Shown here: piece after piece, positions 38,495-52,380 of the stretch
How positions within the stretch are numbered: the stretch's first letter is position 1
Layout of the letters: every line of letters starts with the position of its first letter
Origin: Eledone cirrhosa
Lineage: Eukaryota
Length of the DNA: 64,000 bases
Assembly (NCBI GenBank): GCA_964016885.1
Contig: OZ024745.1
Coordinates: forward strand, 114,886,001 to 114,950,000
Reading direction: 5' to 3'
Position numbers and translations under genes: made by a program
The notes under the pieces: generated by a model
The model's database searches: none
Seen by the model: only the letters and a program-made list of their open reading frames with translations
Told to the model about the DNA's origin: nothing

Positions 38495-40234
38495 TTAAGT
38501 TTAGAAAAGATAAAGGAAAAAATATTTATCTGATATTTGCCTATCAAGCAAATGGCTTTTTCCCTAATGCATACAGTCTAATATAACAGCAAAATGTGCT
38601 GGGTCCTGGGTGTGAAAAACATTCCATAATGGGGCATATTTGGGTTAGTGGAGAGTATTGGTGCAATGAAAATTAAAATGTTGCTTGACCCGAGTAATCC
38701 TAAAATACTGAAGTAGCTAAAATAATTTCCTCTGTCTTAGTCTGTATTTGGTTATACAGTTAATCTAAAACTGGATTATTAATGGTATGGGATACAGAAT
38801 ATATGCACCTCTGAGGAAGAAGATATGAAGTTTGTAGGTTAATAGAAAGTAGCATATAGGAATATCAAATTTGGAGATGAAGCAATAGGAATTTAAGGAA
38901 AGAAGAGACAAATGCTTCTTTTCTCATAACTATATTTGGAATCATAATTTGTTTTTACTTGAAATTGTGACTGGAAGGTAAAAAAAATTACAATGCACCT
39001 GGTATTTGCTATAGACGAAGTGCTGGTGCCATGTTAAAATACCCCCAGTATACTCTGTAAAATGGTAGTGCTGATGTCCTGATAAAATGCACTCTGTACA
39101 TTATGTAAAGTGGTTAGCATTAGGAAAGGCATCCAACTATAGAAACCATACCAAAAAATGAACATATAAGCAAAATGTAATTCACTAACCCATCTAATCT
39201 TGGACTGTGACAACCCATCCAATACATAACAGTATGGAAAACAGAAGTAAAATGATGACAAAGAGTCCTAAAGTGAGGTAATGCCAGGTATAAGACTAAC
39301 AGCATGAAATATTTGATGTGCTGTTTAGAAAGAAAGCACACCATGAATGTCTAATCAACAATAGCGAAGTTGTGCCTGTAACACAACTGAAGAGCCCTTT
39401 TCACCCTTGTCCAGCATAGTTTCTACAGCTGAGTGCCCTTCCCATCTTTAACCACCTTACATGGTGCACTGGGTACATTTTTCGTGGCACCAGCCCTAGA
39501 GAGGTTGTCATGTCATATCAGAAGAGTCCACTTAATGCTTTTTTTTTTTTTTTACTTTTGTGGCATGGTTTCTACAGCTAAAAACTCTTACTAACACTAA
39601 CCACTTTACAGAATGTACTGAGTGCATTTATCATGGCACCAGCACTAGGGAGGTCGTCAGTTACCAATTCGATTGAAGAGCACTCTGTACCTTATAAGGG
39701 GGGAGTGGAGGTAAGAAAGATGATAAGTATAATATCATGGGTGACAGTAGATCATGGGGGGGGGGTGATAAGTACATCACGTGTATATGCTAGGTAGAGG
39801 AGGGTTGAGACAGTATGTCACTGAATATAACTGAAAATTAATAATCACAACAAAAAGATATTTTCAAATAGGATTCTTTGAAGCAGACACCATGGCATGT
39901 TGTTTATTTATTCCTATTTTTACTTTTATCTTATTTGCATGGATGAGTTGCTAAATGTAAATTCAGATGATAATACATATTTTATTAGAGACATTATTTT
40001 TCTTAAATGACTGACTTTTTTCACCAAATCTCTCAATCATAAAGTGATTACAACTAGCTTTCTAAAGCAAAACTTTATAGTACAATGGCTGGATGAAAAT
40101 TAGAACTGTTGAATTTGCAGTTGATAAACCAGTACCTCAACCTCGCAACCATTATGCTTAAAATAGAGAAAAAAGGTCAGACAACATTTAACAGTTTCAT
40201 TACTACTACTGGACCTGTGAAAAAATTCACAGAT

Positions 40235-40440
40235 AATCCCCTCTCTCTAAATATATTAAAACTCCCCTCTCTATATATATATATATATATAAACCCATCC
40301 CTATCTCTATTAAAACCACCCTCTCTATATATTATAACACCCCTCTCTCTATATATATATTTAACCCTCCTTTCTCTATATTATAATCCCCTTCTCTCTA
40401 TATAATAAACCCCTCTCTTTAAATATAGTATAACCCCCCC

Positions 40441-40475
<35 letters not shown>

Positions 40476-40520
40476 ATCCATCCCTTTCTCTATGTTATAA
40501 CCCCCCCCCCCTCTCTCTCC
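40235..40520. repeat. Degenerate ~20-bp tandem repeat ataaccccctctctctatat
   Basis: Visible repeated C-run/CT/TA modules. Confidence 0.75.
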
Positions 40521-40920
40521 TTGATTTGGCCTTAGATTGTCATAGATTGCTTACCACCCCACTTCCATTGTTTTACTGAAAGCGTGACACGTACGTACGG
40601 TACGTAGGTATTAGCGTATTAATATATAGATATTTCCAATGAAAGATACTGCTTACACGTTTCAAATAATTTTGAAGATAAGCTCGTGGCAATCTTTGCC
40701 TGCAGTTTGATTTTAATTCCCAGTCATCTACTCACTTAAGAATAACTTTTGCTTAGCATATCAATATAAATTTTTGGGGTTCATGATTTAGGCACAAGGC
40801 CAGCAATTTCGGGGGAGGGGAAAGTCAATTATATCGACCCCAGTGCGTGACTGGTACTTTATTTTATCGACCCTGTAAGGATGAAAGGCAAAGCTAACCT
40901 CGGCAGGATTTCAGCATAAT

Positions 40921-41106
40921 TGTTTCTACTTTTGGCACAAGGCCAGCAGTTACCCAGTACATTACTGGTACTCTATTTTATCGACCCCGTAAGGATGAAA
41001 GGCAAAGTTAACATCGGAGCAATTTGATCTCAGAATGGCAAGAGACGTAACTCTATGCGTCAACGCATAGTGTCCGACCCTCTACCGATACTGCTAATTC
41101 ACCGCC
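40921..41106 (-). mobile_element. Young Deu/Nin-type SINE, short subfamily
   Basis: 16-bp direct repeat aggatttcagcataat at 40905-40920 and 41109-41124; shares the internal deletion seen in 1571-1754. Confidence 0.85.
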
Positions 41107-41386
41107 ATAGGATTTCAGCATAATAATGAAAGGAAAAATATAGAGGAAAAAAAAAAAAGAAAAAAATTAAGCAACAAAAGAAAGGGTAAGTGAGGACAAC
41201 GCGGCGGACTGCACATCCTAGCCCAGGCATATTTAATAAACTAGTGTTTCGAACATAAAAGTTCTTACATAAAATTATGAAGGAAGATTTAAATTTAAAT
41301 ATAGACAATGTAAAATGAGAGATTTTATATCATATAACCAGGGGCAGTCTTGGGTGGGTTGGTATTGAAAGGATTAAACATAGATT

Positions 41387-41735
41387 GGAGGCACATGGCT
41401 TAGTGGTTAGAGCATTGGCCTTGCAATCGAAAGGTTGTGAGTTCAATTCTCAGACCGGGTGATGTGTTGTTTCCTTGAGCAAGACACTTTATTTCAAATT
41501 GCTCCAGTTTACTCAGCTGTAGAAATGAGATGATAGGACTGGGGTCCCTATCATTCCACTGCAAAGTGGTCGTGGAGGTGCCATGGCAAAAAAGCACCCA
41601 GCACTCACTGTAAATGAGGTTGGTGTTAGGAAGGGCATCCAGCTGTAGAAATCAAGCCAGAATCAGTTCCCGTCCCACCCTTGCAAGCAGGGAAAAGCGG
41701 ACGTAAAATGATGATGATGATGAAAATGATGATGA
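41387..41735 (+). mobile_element. Full-length CORE-SINE with RTE-derived tail
   Basis: tRNA head, CORE block, about 100 bp nearly identical to the RTE 3'UTR at 27495-27590, (tga)n tail. Confidence 0.92.
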
Positions 41736-42969
41736 TAGAAATTGTAAATAAATTGTTAGAGCAAATGTTTCATTGTGTTTCTGGGAAAGAGACATTCTTT
41801 ATCACCTGAATTCAACCAGATGAAAAAAGTTAAGTCTCTGAATCACATGTCACCTGCACAATTGTGGCCCAAGAAAATATTACTATTAATTCTTTCATTA
41901 ACTGTATTTCTACTGAAAGACTGCCTGAATTTTGAAAATAACCAATAATTTGGAGACATTTAGTAAAATAATGAACTTTTTCATTATTAAGCTGGTGTTT
42001 GGAACATGCCAAAAGTATTTACATAAAATCATGATGGAAGGGGTTTTCTTTAATGAATATAAATACTTTCAAAGAAATAGTCTTGTATCACAGAACCTGG
42101 TGTGGTTTCAGGCAGCTTGGTATTGAAAGGGTTAACAAACTAAACCATTTAAGAATCATCTAAGTTCAATATGGCATCAGACAAGAACCAATGTTATTCC
42201 TGTGATGACAGTTTGTCTTCATCAAGAATATTCAACCTATTGATGACTGTATACGTAATTAAATACACTCAATGAAAAATTTTGAGGGGCTTACTAAAAT
42301 TATTTCATGATTAAGATAGTAACTTAACATATGGTTCCTTAGCATTCATCATCATTGTCGTTTAACATCAGTTTTATTTTCCTAACCAGCAAGGGTTGGC
42401 TGGGTTGTCACAGACTGGTCAATACTCAAGCAAAGCTACTGACCTCTCAGATGGACTGGGGCCTGCATCTCACATACATTTCCAGACTATTGATTGCTCC
42501 AACAAATATAAAATTATGTTAGATTTTAATTTAAATAGAAATACTTTAAAATGGGTATTTTCATTTCAGAGAATCTAAAGGTTCAGAGAATCAAAGGTAC
42601 TAAAACTAATTCTTCTTTGCCCAATTATTCCTGGGAGGGTAGTGGTGGCAGGTCCTCAAGCACACCTTCCAGCGAGCCCTTTTTAAAGCAACTGTCTCCA
42701 ATTGATCAGGCTGGATCCCTAAGTGAGTCCAACCGAGCTCATGAGTGTTGTCCAAACTTCTTACTGTGTCTACCCTGGTTTTCCCCCATAAAATCCAGTG
42801 ACTGACCACATGTCCATAGTTTTGATCTCTCAATATGGAGAAGTAGTGTCTCTACCTGGAATGACTCCTTGATCTCCAAGCTACGCACTCTATTAAAGAG
42901 ATCAATAATTGATTGTTTTTATTGTTTCTGATCTCTTTAATTCTGTGCTGGATGTTCATGTTACGAGAA

Positions 42970-43850
42970 GGCTGAGCTGTCAACTGATCACTATCTAGTA
43001 ATCTGCAGCCAGAGACTACAAGTGTTCCTTTGTGGACAAACAGACTGCCATCTGGTGGACCAATTCACAGAACACTTGAGGGACATATGACTTGGCAGGG
43101 ATACTCCCGTCACTTTCGTTCCCCAGGCCACTCCTCTCTAAATGTCTCAGTCCTAGTGTCTTCTTGCATCACAGATCGCTGGCCTCATGCACCAGGATTA
43201 AGCAGAACTTGATTTTACGCCTTGGGTCCAGTTTCCCACATGGACTGAACTCCCATCCACAATTTCTATAATCTATATTTACCCTTGCACACATGTGCTT
43301 GTGCATGCTTCTATACCCCTAGCCACTGTAACCCCTGCCTCATCCGATGTCACATGCATGCACTCATTCACCCCTTGAGTTTCTATAGCTCTGCTATAGT
43401 CAGAAACACACACCCTCATAGCTTTGTAAAGACCAGCAACAAACATGCACACACCTGTACACTCACAGCTCTGTACAAACCAACAACAAACATACACACA
43501 CTCTCTCAAACTTCTACACACACACACACACATATCCTGACAGCTTTATACAGACAAACAACAAAATCACACATACTTACACATTCACTATGGATTTTTT
43601 TTCTTTTTCTGCCTTTCAAAAGATGGCCAACTGAACTTCCTATACTACAAGTGCTCCTATCAACAGTTTTCCAAGAGATGGCGAAATGAGCAGAGCTGCT
43701 TTTTTTTTAAGGAATCTTTTTCATTTATGCCCCTCTTCTATATTTTTATTTCTCCTATTTTCTGATGAAGAACTAAGGTCTGAAACTATATTAAGCTTGA
43801 AACTAATATATATATCTTCATTGTACTTCATCATCTGTTGTGTTTTTTTC
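42970..43850 (+). mobile_element. Penelope-like element remnant: GIY-YIG endonuclease C-terminus plus 3' region with hammerhead core
   Basis: Decayed translation GQTDCHLVDQFTEHLRDI..RHFRSPGH..QNLILRLGSSFPHGLN (about 43030-43270) fits PLE GIY-YIG ends; CTGATGA-aga..tct-GAAAC at 43762-43786. Confidence 0.75.
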
Positions 43851-45039
43851 CGTTTACTTTTCAGACACACACACATACATCAATATCATCATCGTTTAAC
43901 ATCCATTTTTCTACCCTAGCATGGCATACACACTCATGCATACTCGTGTGTGTATGTGTGTGTGCATGTGTGTGCGTGTGTTTTTGCATGTATGTGTTTA
44001 TAATTGATATTTTATTTTAATCTCTTGTTACAAGAACATTCTCAATATTCTTTCAACATTTGCTATATATATTCTATTCTATTATATTCTATTCAACAGC
44101 CAAACCTGAACAGGGCCAAGGTCAGTAAACCTGATACCACTTCTCTTTCTAGATGACGTAATTCAATTGGCCTCAAAGCAATATGTTGAAATGCTTATTC
44201 TCCCAGTAAATCTAAATTATATTACATCTAACTTTACATGTATTCTATTTCCATAAATGTTTCCCTCCAGCATCAATGTTGAGTATTTTCATTTCAAATT
44301 TCCTCCTGTTTCTGAATACTTCTACTTATCGTTTTATCCTCATCAACCCTTTATATCCATTTTTACATGCTTGCATTGGTTGGACTGGTCTTTTTCAGCA
44401 CAGCCTCCATCTATTTATCATGTTCCTTCATCATCTTGTATGTGAGGTTCAGTGTTTTAAGATCATGTTTCACCACATCTGCCCAAGTCTTTCTTGGCCT
44501 TCTTCTACTGCAGCTTACACTGAGAACTCCTGGCCCTTCTTCATCCAATGATCATCATCCAAATGCATCTTATGTCCATGATTTATTATTATATCAGTAC
44601 AGGGTTTATTAATTGTGACTGTTCAAAGCTTGGTTAAGACATTCAGCTCACAATCATAAGGTCTTGAATTTGATTCCAGGACTGAGAGATATGTTATGTC
44701 TTTGAGCAAGATACTTTATTTCATGTTGCTCCAGCCCACTCAGCTGTAGAAATGAATTGTACCTGTAATTCAAAGGGCTAGCTTTGTCATTCATTGTGTC
44801 ATGCTGAATCTCCCTAAGAACTATGTTAAAGATGCATGTATCTGTGGAATATTCAGGCTGTTCCATTGTTCAAACAACTGGAACACTCATTGTAGGAACC
44901 TACGAAGGTCCAACACATACACATTATTAGTTGTTCAAATGTTTGGATTGATCGCAGTATATTAATGCTGGTTAATGGTGGTTATTTTAATGATGAATGG
45001 AACTTCAAACAGTGCTGCATTTAGTCCAATACTTTTGTC

Positions 45040-45250
45040 CTGCTAGTAACATCTAAGGGAGGAAAGTGAGTATAGTTCACTGCACACAGCACGGATCTAC
45101 TCATCTCTTTAGCACCGGCACAATCCCACCATACTTACCTTTCATTGTTTTGACACTAATAGTGGTAATTCTGAAGTTCCACACCTGATGGGAAGGGGTC
45201 TGCATGAGTGTCTTGCTCTTTTTCTGGCCTGAGATGTACAGAGATTGTGC
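45040..45250 (-). mobile_element. RTE LINE endonuclease N-terminal fragment
   Basis: FRITTISVKTMKGKYGGIVPVLKR*VDPCCVQ resembles the start of RTE APE domains (IATxNV..DIxCVQE). Confidence 0.6.
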
Positions 45251-45869
45251 AACCACTAGATGGTAATTGGGAAAGGAAGGGAGGGTCACATGGATGATAA
45301 ATTCTTTTAGGTATTGTATTGTTGTTCAGGTATTTGTAGTCGTTACCAGTTTGAGCTGGGTTGTCATTAGTCATTAGGTCTATTGTAACCTGGAAGTATA
45401 AGCCACTATTAATTTCTGGTGTAGTCGGTGTTGTATTTACTATAGTGTGCGGTAACGAATATATACACATATATATATACACAGGAGTTCATATCCTTTA
45501 CATAGGGAGAGGGTATGTATACATATATAGAAGCACATGCAACACCTACACCCACATATGTAAAGAGTGAGCCCCATAGCGTTGTCTTTACAAGGTATGT
45601 TAGTGGGGACGGGAGGGCAGGGAAATTGCTTTATTCAAAGGTAGGTATGTCAGTAATTTAAATTAAACCTATACTATACCAAGAATCAATAAAATTCACC
45701 AAGTTACAAACAAATTTAAAATAAAACCTATAGAAAAAAACTTTACTAAGCTTCTAAATTCCAAGTATTTAGTTTGGAGCTGGCAATTCCATAAAACAGT
45801 TTGCATTATAATCTCATGCAAGCATAACAATATTGGTTAGAAGTAAAACCACAGCAAGAGTTGTAAGCT

Positions 45870-46090
45870 CCACAGAGCATTCCTAGAGAGCTAAAGATTA
45901 AATTGTTAGTGAAGTTATTTTGTGAGAGCCTACACAAGGAAGAGCTAACAAGCCAAGACCTATAACAAGCAGATTTGTGATGACATAAACTTCAATCCTT
46001 CTGACCTGCCGAATATGATAAACAACAGAATTGGATGGCAACAGAGAATCAAGAGAATCCATACAAGCAGTGCAACCTATTGATTGATAG
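45870..46090 (+). mobile_element. RTE LINE C-terminal fragment, a further lineage
   Basis: Decayed IVSEVIL.EPTQG..KTYNKQICDD..DLPNMINNRIGWQQRI. Confidence 0.55.
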
Positions 46091-46449
46091 CAATATTATT
46101 TGAGAATGTATTTATTTATAGCTACTGCCATAAAGGCATGTAGAAAATTGAAATCTGTAAGAGGTCAGAAAATGAAATGGTTTGCTTGCTTTTTTGTCTG
46201 TTTAGTATTAGAAAGATGAAAAAGGACTATTCTAAAGCCTTCTCTTTCACAACATATGTTAAGATTAAGACTTCTGTTAAGAGGAATATTAACTCAATAA
46301 AACTTATGATATTAATTGAAATTAGACCCATACTAAGAATCAATAAAAACCTGTGCTAAAGAGAAAACTTTACTAAACTTTTAAACTGTAAATTCTTACT
46401 TTGGTACTGGCAATTCCACAAAACATTTAAAGATAAAAGATTAGAACAT

Positions 46450-46950
46450 GGTAGTGCTGGTGCCACAATAAAATGCATCCAGCCCATTCTGTAAAGTGAT
46501 AGTGCCGAGGCCACAATAAAATGCACTCAACCAACACTAAAGTGGTACCGCTGGTGCCACAATAAAATGCACTCAACCCACACTGTAAAGTGGTAATGCT
46601 GGTGCCATGATAAAATGCATCAAGCTCATTCTATAAAGAGGTAATGCTGATGCCACAAAAAATGCATCCAGCCAACACTGTTAAGTGGTAGTATGGGTGC
46701 CACGATAATATGCATCCAGCCCACACTGTAAAGTAGTAGCACTGCTGCAATGATAACAAGCACCCAGTCCATCCTGTTAGGTGGTAGTGGTAGTGTCATG
46801 ATAAAATGCACTGATACATGCTGTGAAGGGCATTCAGCCATAGAAACCATGCCAGAATGGAATATATGAGTAAGTCATTTAACCTGTCTAGCCTTAGAAC
46901 ATGACAAGCTGTCTAACCCAAGCATTGAAAATAAACATGTGATGATGATG
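46450..46950 (+). repeat. Tandem array of about 8 copies of a ~45-bp RTE 3'UTR unit, followed by the RTE tail
   Basis: Unit gtagtgctggtgccacaataaaatgcatccagcccacactgtaaagtg repeated, ending in (gat)n. Confidence 0.85.
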
Positions 46951-49900
46951 AGGTCTATTCCAGGTTAAACATTTATCACAATATTGAATAAACTTTCTAT
47001 GTTATTTGCTAAAATACTAATCTATTGAATAAGTTTGCTAGGATACAAATTCTCCCTATTAATTTCCTATTATTAGTGGAGAAATAATTATGTGAAGAAA
47101 TAATGTGTAATTCAGTTTTAAATGCATTTAAAGATATCTTGTTTTTCTATTAATCTCCTAACAGAGAGATTAAAGATGTGTATCTAATCTTTTCTGAATC
47201 AACTTCAAAGACTTATTGTATATATAAGTAAGCTGGTGTTATCAACAAATTGACGATGCTTTGTAATATTTATTTATCAGAAATTATAATACAACAGGAT
47301 GAGAACAAATCCTTATGACATTCTGTGATTGACAGATTAAAATTTTTGTTTTGTTTTGTTCGCATTTTTCTTTATATTTTTGTATTGAATCAAATTATGA
47401 TACTGAAATATATACTAAGACTTACTTCATATATGACGTAAACCATGATCTATAAGAGCAATGCATTTTTTCTAAAAATATATAATCAGCTCTCTTACAA
47501 CTCAGTGATGTAGCTATGATGAGATGAGTAAAGGCTGCCTCTAAACAAGCCTAGTTTTTGTGGGTCTGAAAAAAGTACCAGATTCATAACTGGCATGTAT
47601 GAGACCACCAAAATGCACCAATATAGCCGGATACAATCAAGACAACCATACCACATCGTCCTTCACACAGGTTAACAAGGGACACATTCATGCCTGAGGT
47701 AGCGAGGCCTGTTAAAAAAATATATTAAAGTCTCCACACAACGCTGCAAGAACTGGAAAATGGGCCTGCAACCTGTCCTGGGAGGCATGGGATAGAAGTA
47801 GAAAGAATATGTAACCTGAAACCCGAGAAAAGATTAGAAACAATATACAGAATATTCTGGAGATCAATAAAGGCCTCTCATGCATATTGATTAAAATCAA
47901 GACAGAATACATATAAAATCAAATTCATATATAAGGCAAGAATATACAATCTTCTCAAATAATCCTCTCAATGTTAGAGAAGAGAAATGGAACAATAGTT
48001 ACTGAACTTAAGAAAACTGATTTTATAAACTGGAACATTTTAAAAATTTGTTTAGTCCAAGGGAAAAAAAACAGTTCTCATAGCCTCTTTAGATTCCCAT
48101 AGACCAAGAAGGTTAACACTCTTTATACCATCCCCCCAAATTTTTTTCTATGAAACAGACCATCCATTTTAAAGTGTTCTTCCTTAAATTTAAACCTTCC
48201 ATAATTTTATATAAGAACCTTTTGTTACATTTCAAATACCATCTTAAAGAAATAAATTTAGTAAATCCTTCCCAAACTCTTCATTAATAATTTAAAATAC
48301 AAAGTATTTCACTTGAATACAATAAAGGTAAATAAGGTTAATGTTATATTAGTACTCTTACATGCTAATGACTGGGAAAAAACCTGATGAACAGAAATGA
48401 AACCATAAGAAAAAGTCACAATTCTAACTTTGGTGGGAGGGGACAATCACAGGAACAAATATCACATTTCATTAAGATGAACAATAGCTAGAATACTTGA
48501 ATTTGTATAAATAAAAGGAAAAGTCTGTGTTATCTATAAACATCTATAAACACCCTAACAGCTTCATAGTGAAGACCATTAGCTAAGTTAGCTAATAATA
48601 CATTAGGCAAAGTGTATCTCATGAATTTGGAAATATTTGGATGGATATCAGCCAAATTCAGCATTTCAAATATAATAAAGATAATCATGAGTTTCTATAT
48701 TTTGGAATGGTTCCTTTATTTATTTGTATAAGTAATAAAAATGTGTAATATTGATTGTATAAAATGTTCGTGAATTTTAAGTTTAACTATATTTCTGTTT
48801 CATTCTATGTTTTGCTTCATTGTGTCACTTTGTGGAATATAGTTACGTCACTTTATGTTCTGTGTTCTAATCCTGCTGAGGATAGCTTTGCCATTCATCT
48901 TTATGGGGGTGATAAAATACCAGTAATGCACTGGAGTCGATTTAATTGGCTTTCCTCTCCCCCAAAATTGTTAGTCTTGTGCCTAAATCAGAAATCATTG
49001 TTTTTCCCACAATTTTTCTACTTATGAGATAGATGTAATGACTCATGCAATGCTTGATAACTTGGCTAGTAAATAATTTTAAACTGACAGGCAGTAATGA
49101 CTGTCAAACACATGGAAAGTGGATGTAATGATGATTAAACGACAATACAAGACTCGTACACAACGACAACACAATTTATATGATGGTATTACGACCCTCG
49201 CAGGAGGAGGAGAACAAGATAGAAAAGAAAGAAAGAAAAAGAAAGCTTTCTGAGAATTCTTTATCAACAATAATTTTGTTTTTATCTCAAGTTAAGCTCA
49301 TCTATCTAATTGAATATGTTTTGCAAAAACATTTTGTTAAAACATTTCGTCAATTGCCCTTAGTTTGAATCATTTTGAAGGCTAATGTTAGTATTTGTAC
49401 CATGACAAAATACACCAGGTCCACTCTGTAAATCAGCAACTTATTTGGGTTTTCCTGTGACTTTTTTTATTTTTTTTATTCAAGAAACATAGAAAGATAA
49501 TTTCTACAAAGAATTAATATATTCCGAGAAAAGTGCCTAACAGAGGGGCTATGGCATGAAACGAGATATTGGGTGTTACATTAGCAAGCACAGTTTACCT
49601 GATCATTTACAGTTCAACATTCAATCATCCTGCACAAGCAGCACTCGGGTCAAAAGGTAAAATAAGGTATAAGAAGATGAGGTATAATATAACATAGACT
49701 AAAGGTATTGCAATAGGTCACATGTTAAAGTATTTTGCTCCTAGTTAATCCTTATCAGACAGACCTATACCAAAAACATTTAAGCCAAGACCATCCAATA
49801 TTCTATTTCAAATGTGTATTTGGGAGTACATTTACCGTATCTTTTCCTATTTTAAAATGGGAGAATGAGATTTAATGGAGATTTGGCTGCTATTTCCAGC

Positions 49901-51120
49901 AAGTCAAGCAATCACATGGAGGCTCCCGCATTAGCTAAAGGTGAAACTATTGGATTTAGGTGGTGGATATCAGCAAAATCAGTAGAGCAACGACTAGTAT
50001 AGTTGTCCTAGAACATGCAGAGAGAAGCTTGTGTTGGTGTTAAGTTTACAAACATAGTTGGACATTAATCCATTAATGCTAAGCATCTCAGACATTTCAT
50101 TATTACCAAGCCTCTCAGACATTCCTAAACTCAGAAAAAATCCATTATTGACAAACCTCCCAAAGAAACCATTCAATCATTCAGTAACAATAATCTCATC
50201 ATTTGAATAAAGTAAATAGAAAGCTTCTTTGAATAAAATATCAGTAAAAGGCCAAAATCTCTCAGGACAATTAACTTGACAGAAGTGCATGTATATTCAA
50301 CATGCCTACATACACAGACAAACAATTTCTCCCATGTTATATATAAAAAGTAAAATAAAGCCCTCTTTATTCTGTAACGTAAGAGCCTGGTACATGAGTC
50401 AGTGAAGTAGGAAACAAGTGCTAGTCAGCCAGTTTGTCAAAAAAGCTGTCAGCTCACCTTTACAGCCAAGTATAGCTGTTTAGACCAAAGATTCTCAACG
50501 GGGGGGGGGGGGGGGGGACAATGGTGATACACACACATACATACATACACACACACATATATACACACACACACATAGGCTGGCGTTGGTGTTTGATGAG
50601 GTTGAGAACCTGGTCAGCTTTCAGCCAGAGCTGTGGTATTTAATCTCCCTAGGTAATAAAATCTGGACACAAAATTCTCTCCTTACCAAAATAAAAACAA
50701 AACATCATGTCAACATCCTTACACACTTAAATATAAATGCATGTATATATATATAAAAATGTATAGCTATATACATAGCTAAATGTATGTATGTATATAT
50801 GTATGTAGATTTATATATATATATATATTATACACACACAGACACATATATATATATATATTTTCTTTTTTCAGTCTGGTCTACCTCTGGTGGTAGGGTC
50901 CATACCGTAGATAGGACTCAATGTAATCTTGTAAAATCCAGAGAAGTTCTCTTTCGCTGAATTAATTCTTTAGATACAGAGTCAGATATTAGGTATTAAA
51001 TTAACAATAAAAATAAAAACAACAAAATAAAAACAAAGTTATAAAGTAACTTGACTTTGTTCTTGTTATTTTCATTGTTAACTTGATAACACCCACACAC
51101 ATATATATATATATATATAT

Positions 51121-52380
51121 ATTTCTTTATTTACCATAAAGGCATAAAAAGAAGGGACAAATACAAAGGGGGAGTTTACATACAATCGAGTAAAAAGGGT
51201 GTAACATGAAAATAATCGAAAATAACCTCAAAAGGGAGGGGACGTGATGGGGGTTGCACACACCCCCGAAAAAGTGTGCAATCCTTTGCCCGGAGAGCAC
51301 ATGGAGAAGGTGCTCTCCTCTCCTTTACTTCTTTACCTACAGGATGGTATACAGAGAAGGCCCATTTACACGAGCCATTCTCGCCACTATCACCCACCTT
51401 TCATAAAACTGCCTGTGGCCAAGCACCTCTCTCTCCATTCTTATCCTTCTTCCGAAGTGATATCGGAAGAAGTAGACCAGACTATGGCCAGAGAGGAAGT
51501 TGCCTGACCTCAGACCTTTCAATCGTGTCCACCAAACAACCTCTTTCAACATGGCTATTACGCACAGAAAAACCGCCTTTGCTTCCTTTGTGAAGAGGGG
51601 AGGCGGTTTGATTGTCATCACGGACTCGGCGGTCAATTGAATCGGCGCCACCCGCGACAGCAGTCGTTCGGCGTAGCCCCACAGATCAGCCACGCCCGGA
51701 CATTGCACCAATGCGTGCGCAACGGTTTCTTTGTGACGCACGCATCTAGGGCAACTCTTTTTTGAGGGATCCCTGCCCAGGCGCCCGTGTCTGTAGAGCC
51801 TCTCTCGAACGGGTAGAGCCCCCCGGTAGCACTGCCAGGCCAGTGACTTCTGGAAGTTGTCCATTGGTCCTGGGCCGAAAGTCCTACCGAACAGGCTGGC
51901 CAGTTCGTCTTCTTCCATGTCCAGCGACTCTCCAAGGGTGTCATCGCCCCTGCTAGCCACCAGCCCTCTATAGAATGATGAGGTGGATTCTCCACCGATG
52001 GCCTGGCCCGCTTGCCAGAGAGCCCTGAGTGCCTGAGCACACTCAGTGTGCCAGTCTCCCAGTTTTCCGGATCTTTGCTTGACCCAGGACTGTAGCTCGG
52101 TGAGCGAGACGAGTCTCGGAAAGGCTCGTTTCACGAACGGAGCCCACACCGGTTGACCAGTGAGGAATACCTGTAGGTGCCGTAGCCTTAATGCGTGCCT
52201 ACGCATCATCAACCACGGCATCCCCAGCCCTCCTTTCGAAGGTTGTTGGCAGCAGATGGATCTTCTCACCATAGGAGGGCGCTTCTTCCAAAGAAATTGG
52301 AAGAGCATGCGTTCCATGGTGGTGAGTGTTTCCTTAGGGGAAGGCACGACAGTCAGGCGGTAGTAAGTGACGGACGCTAA
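51121..52380 (-). mobile_element. 5'-truncated Tx1/L1-type LINE: ORF2 C-terminus with zf-RVT-like CCHC, and 3'UTR
   Basis: Open frame to 51337 with FLW..KGGLGMP, W...RGALPV and CPRC..ETVAHALVQCP; AATAAA near the 3' end; (TA)n at both ends. Confidence 0.92.
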
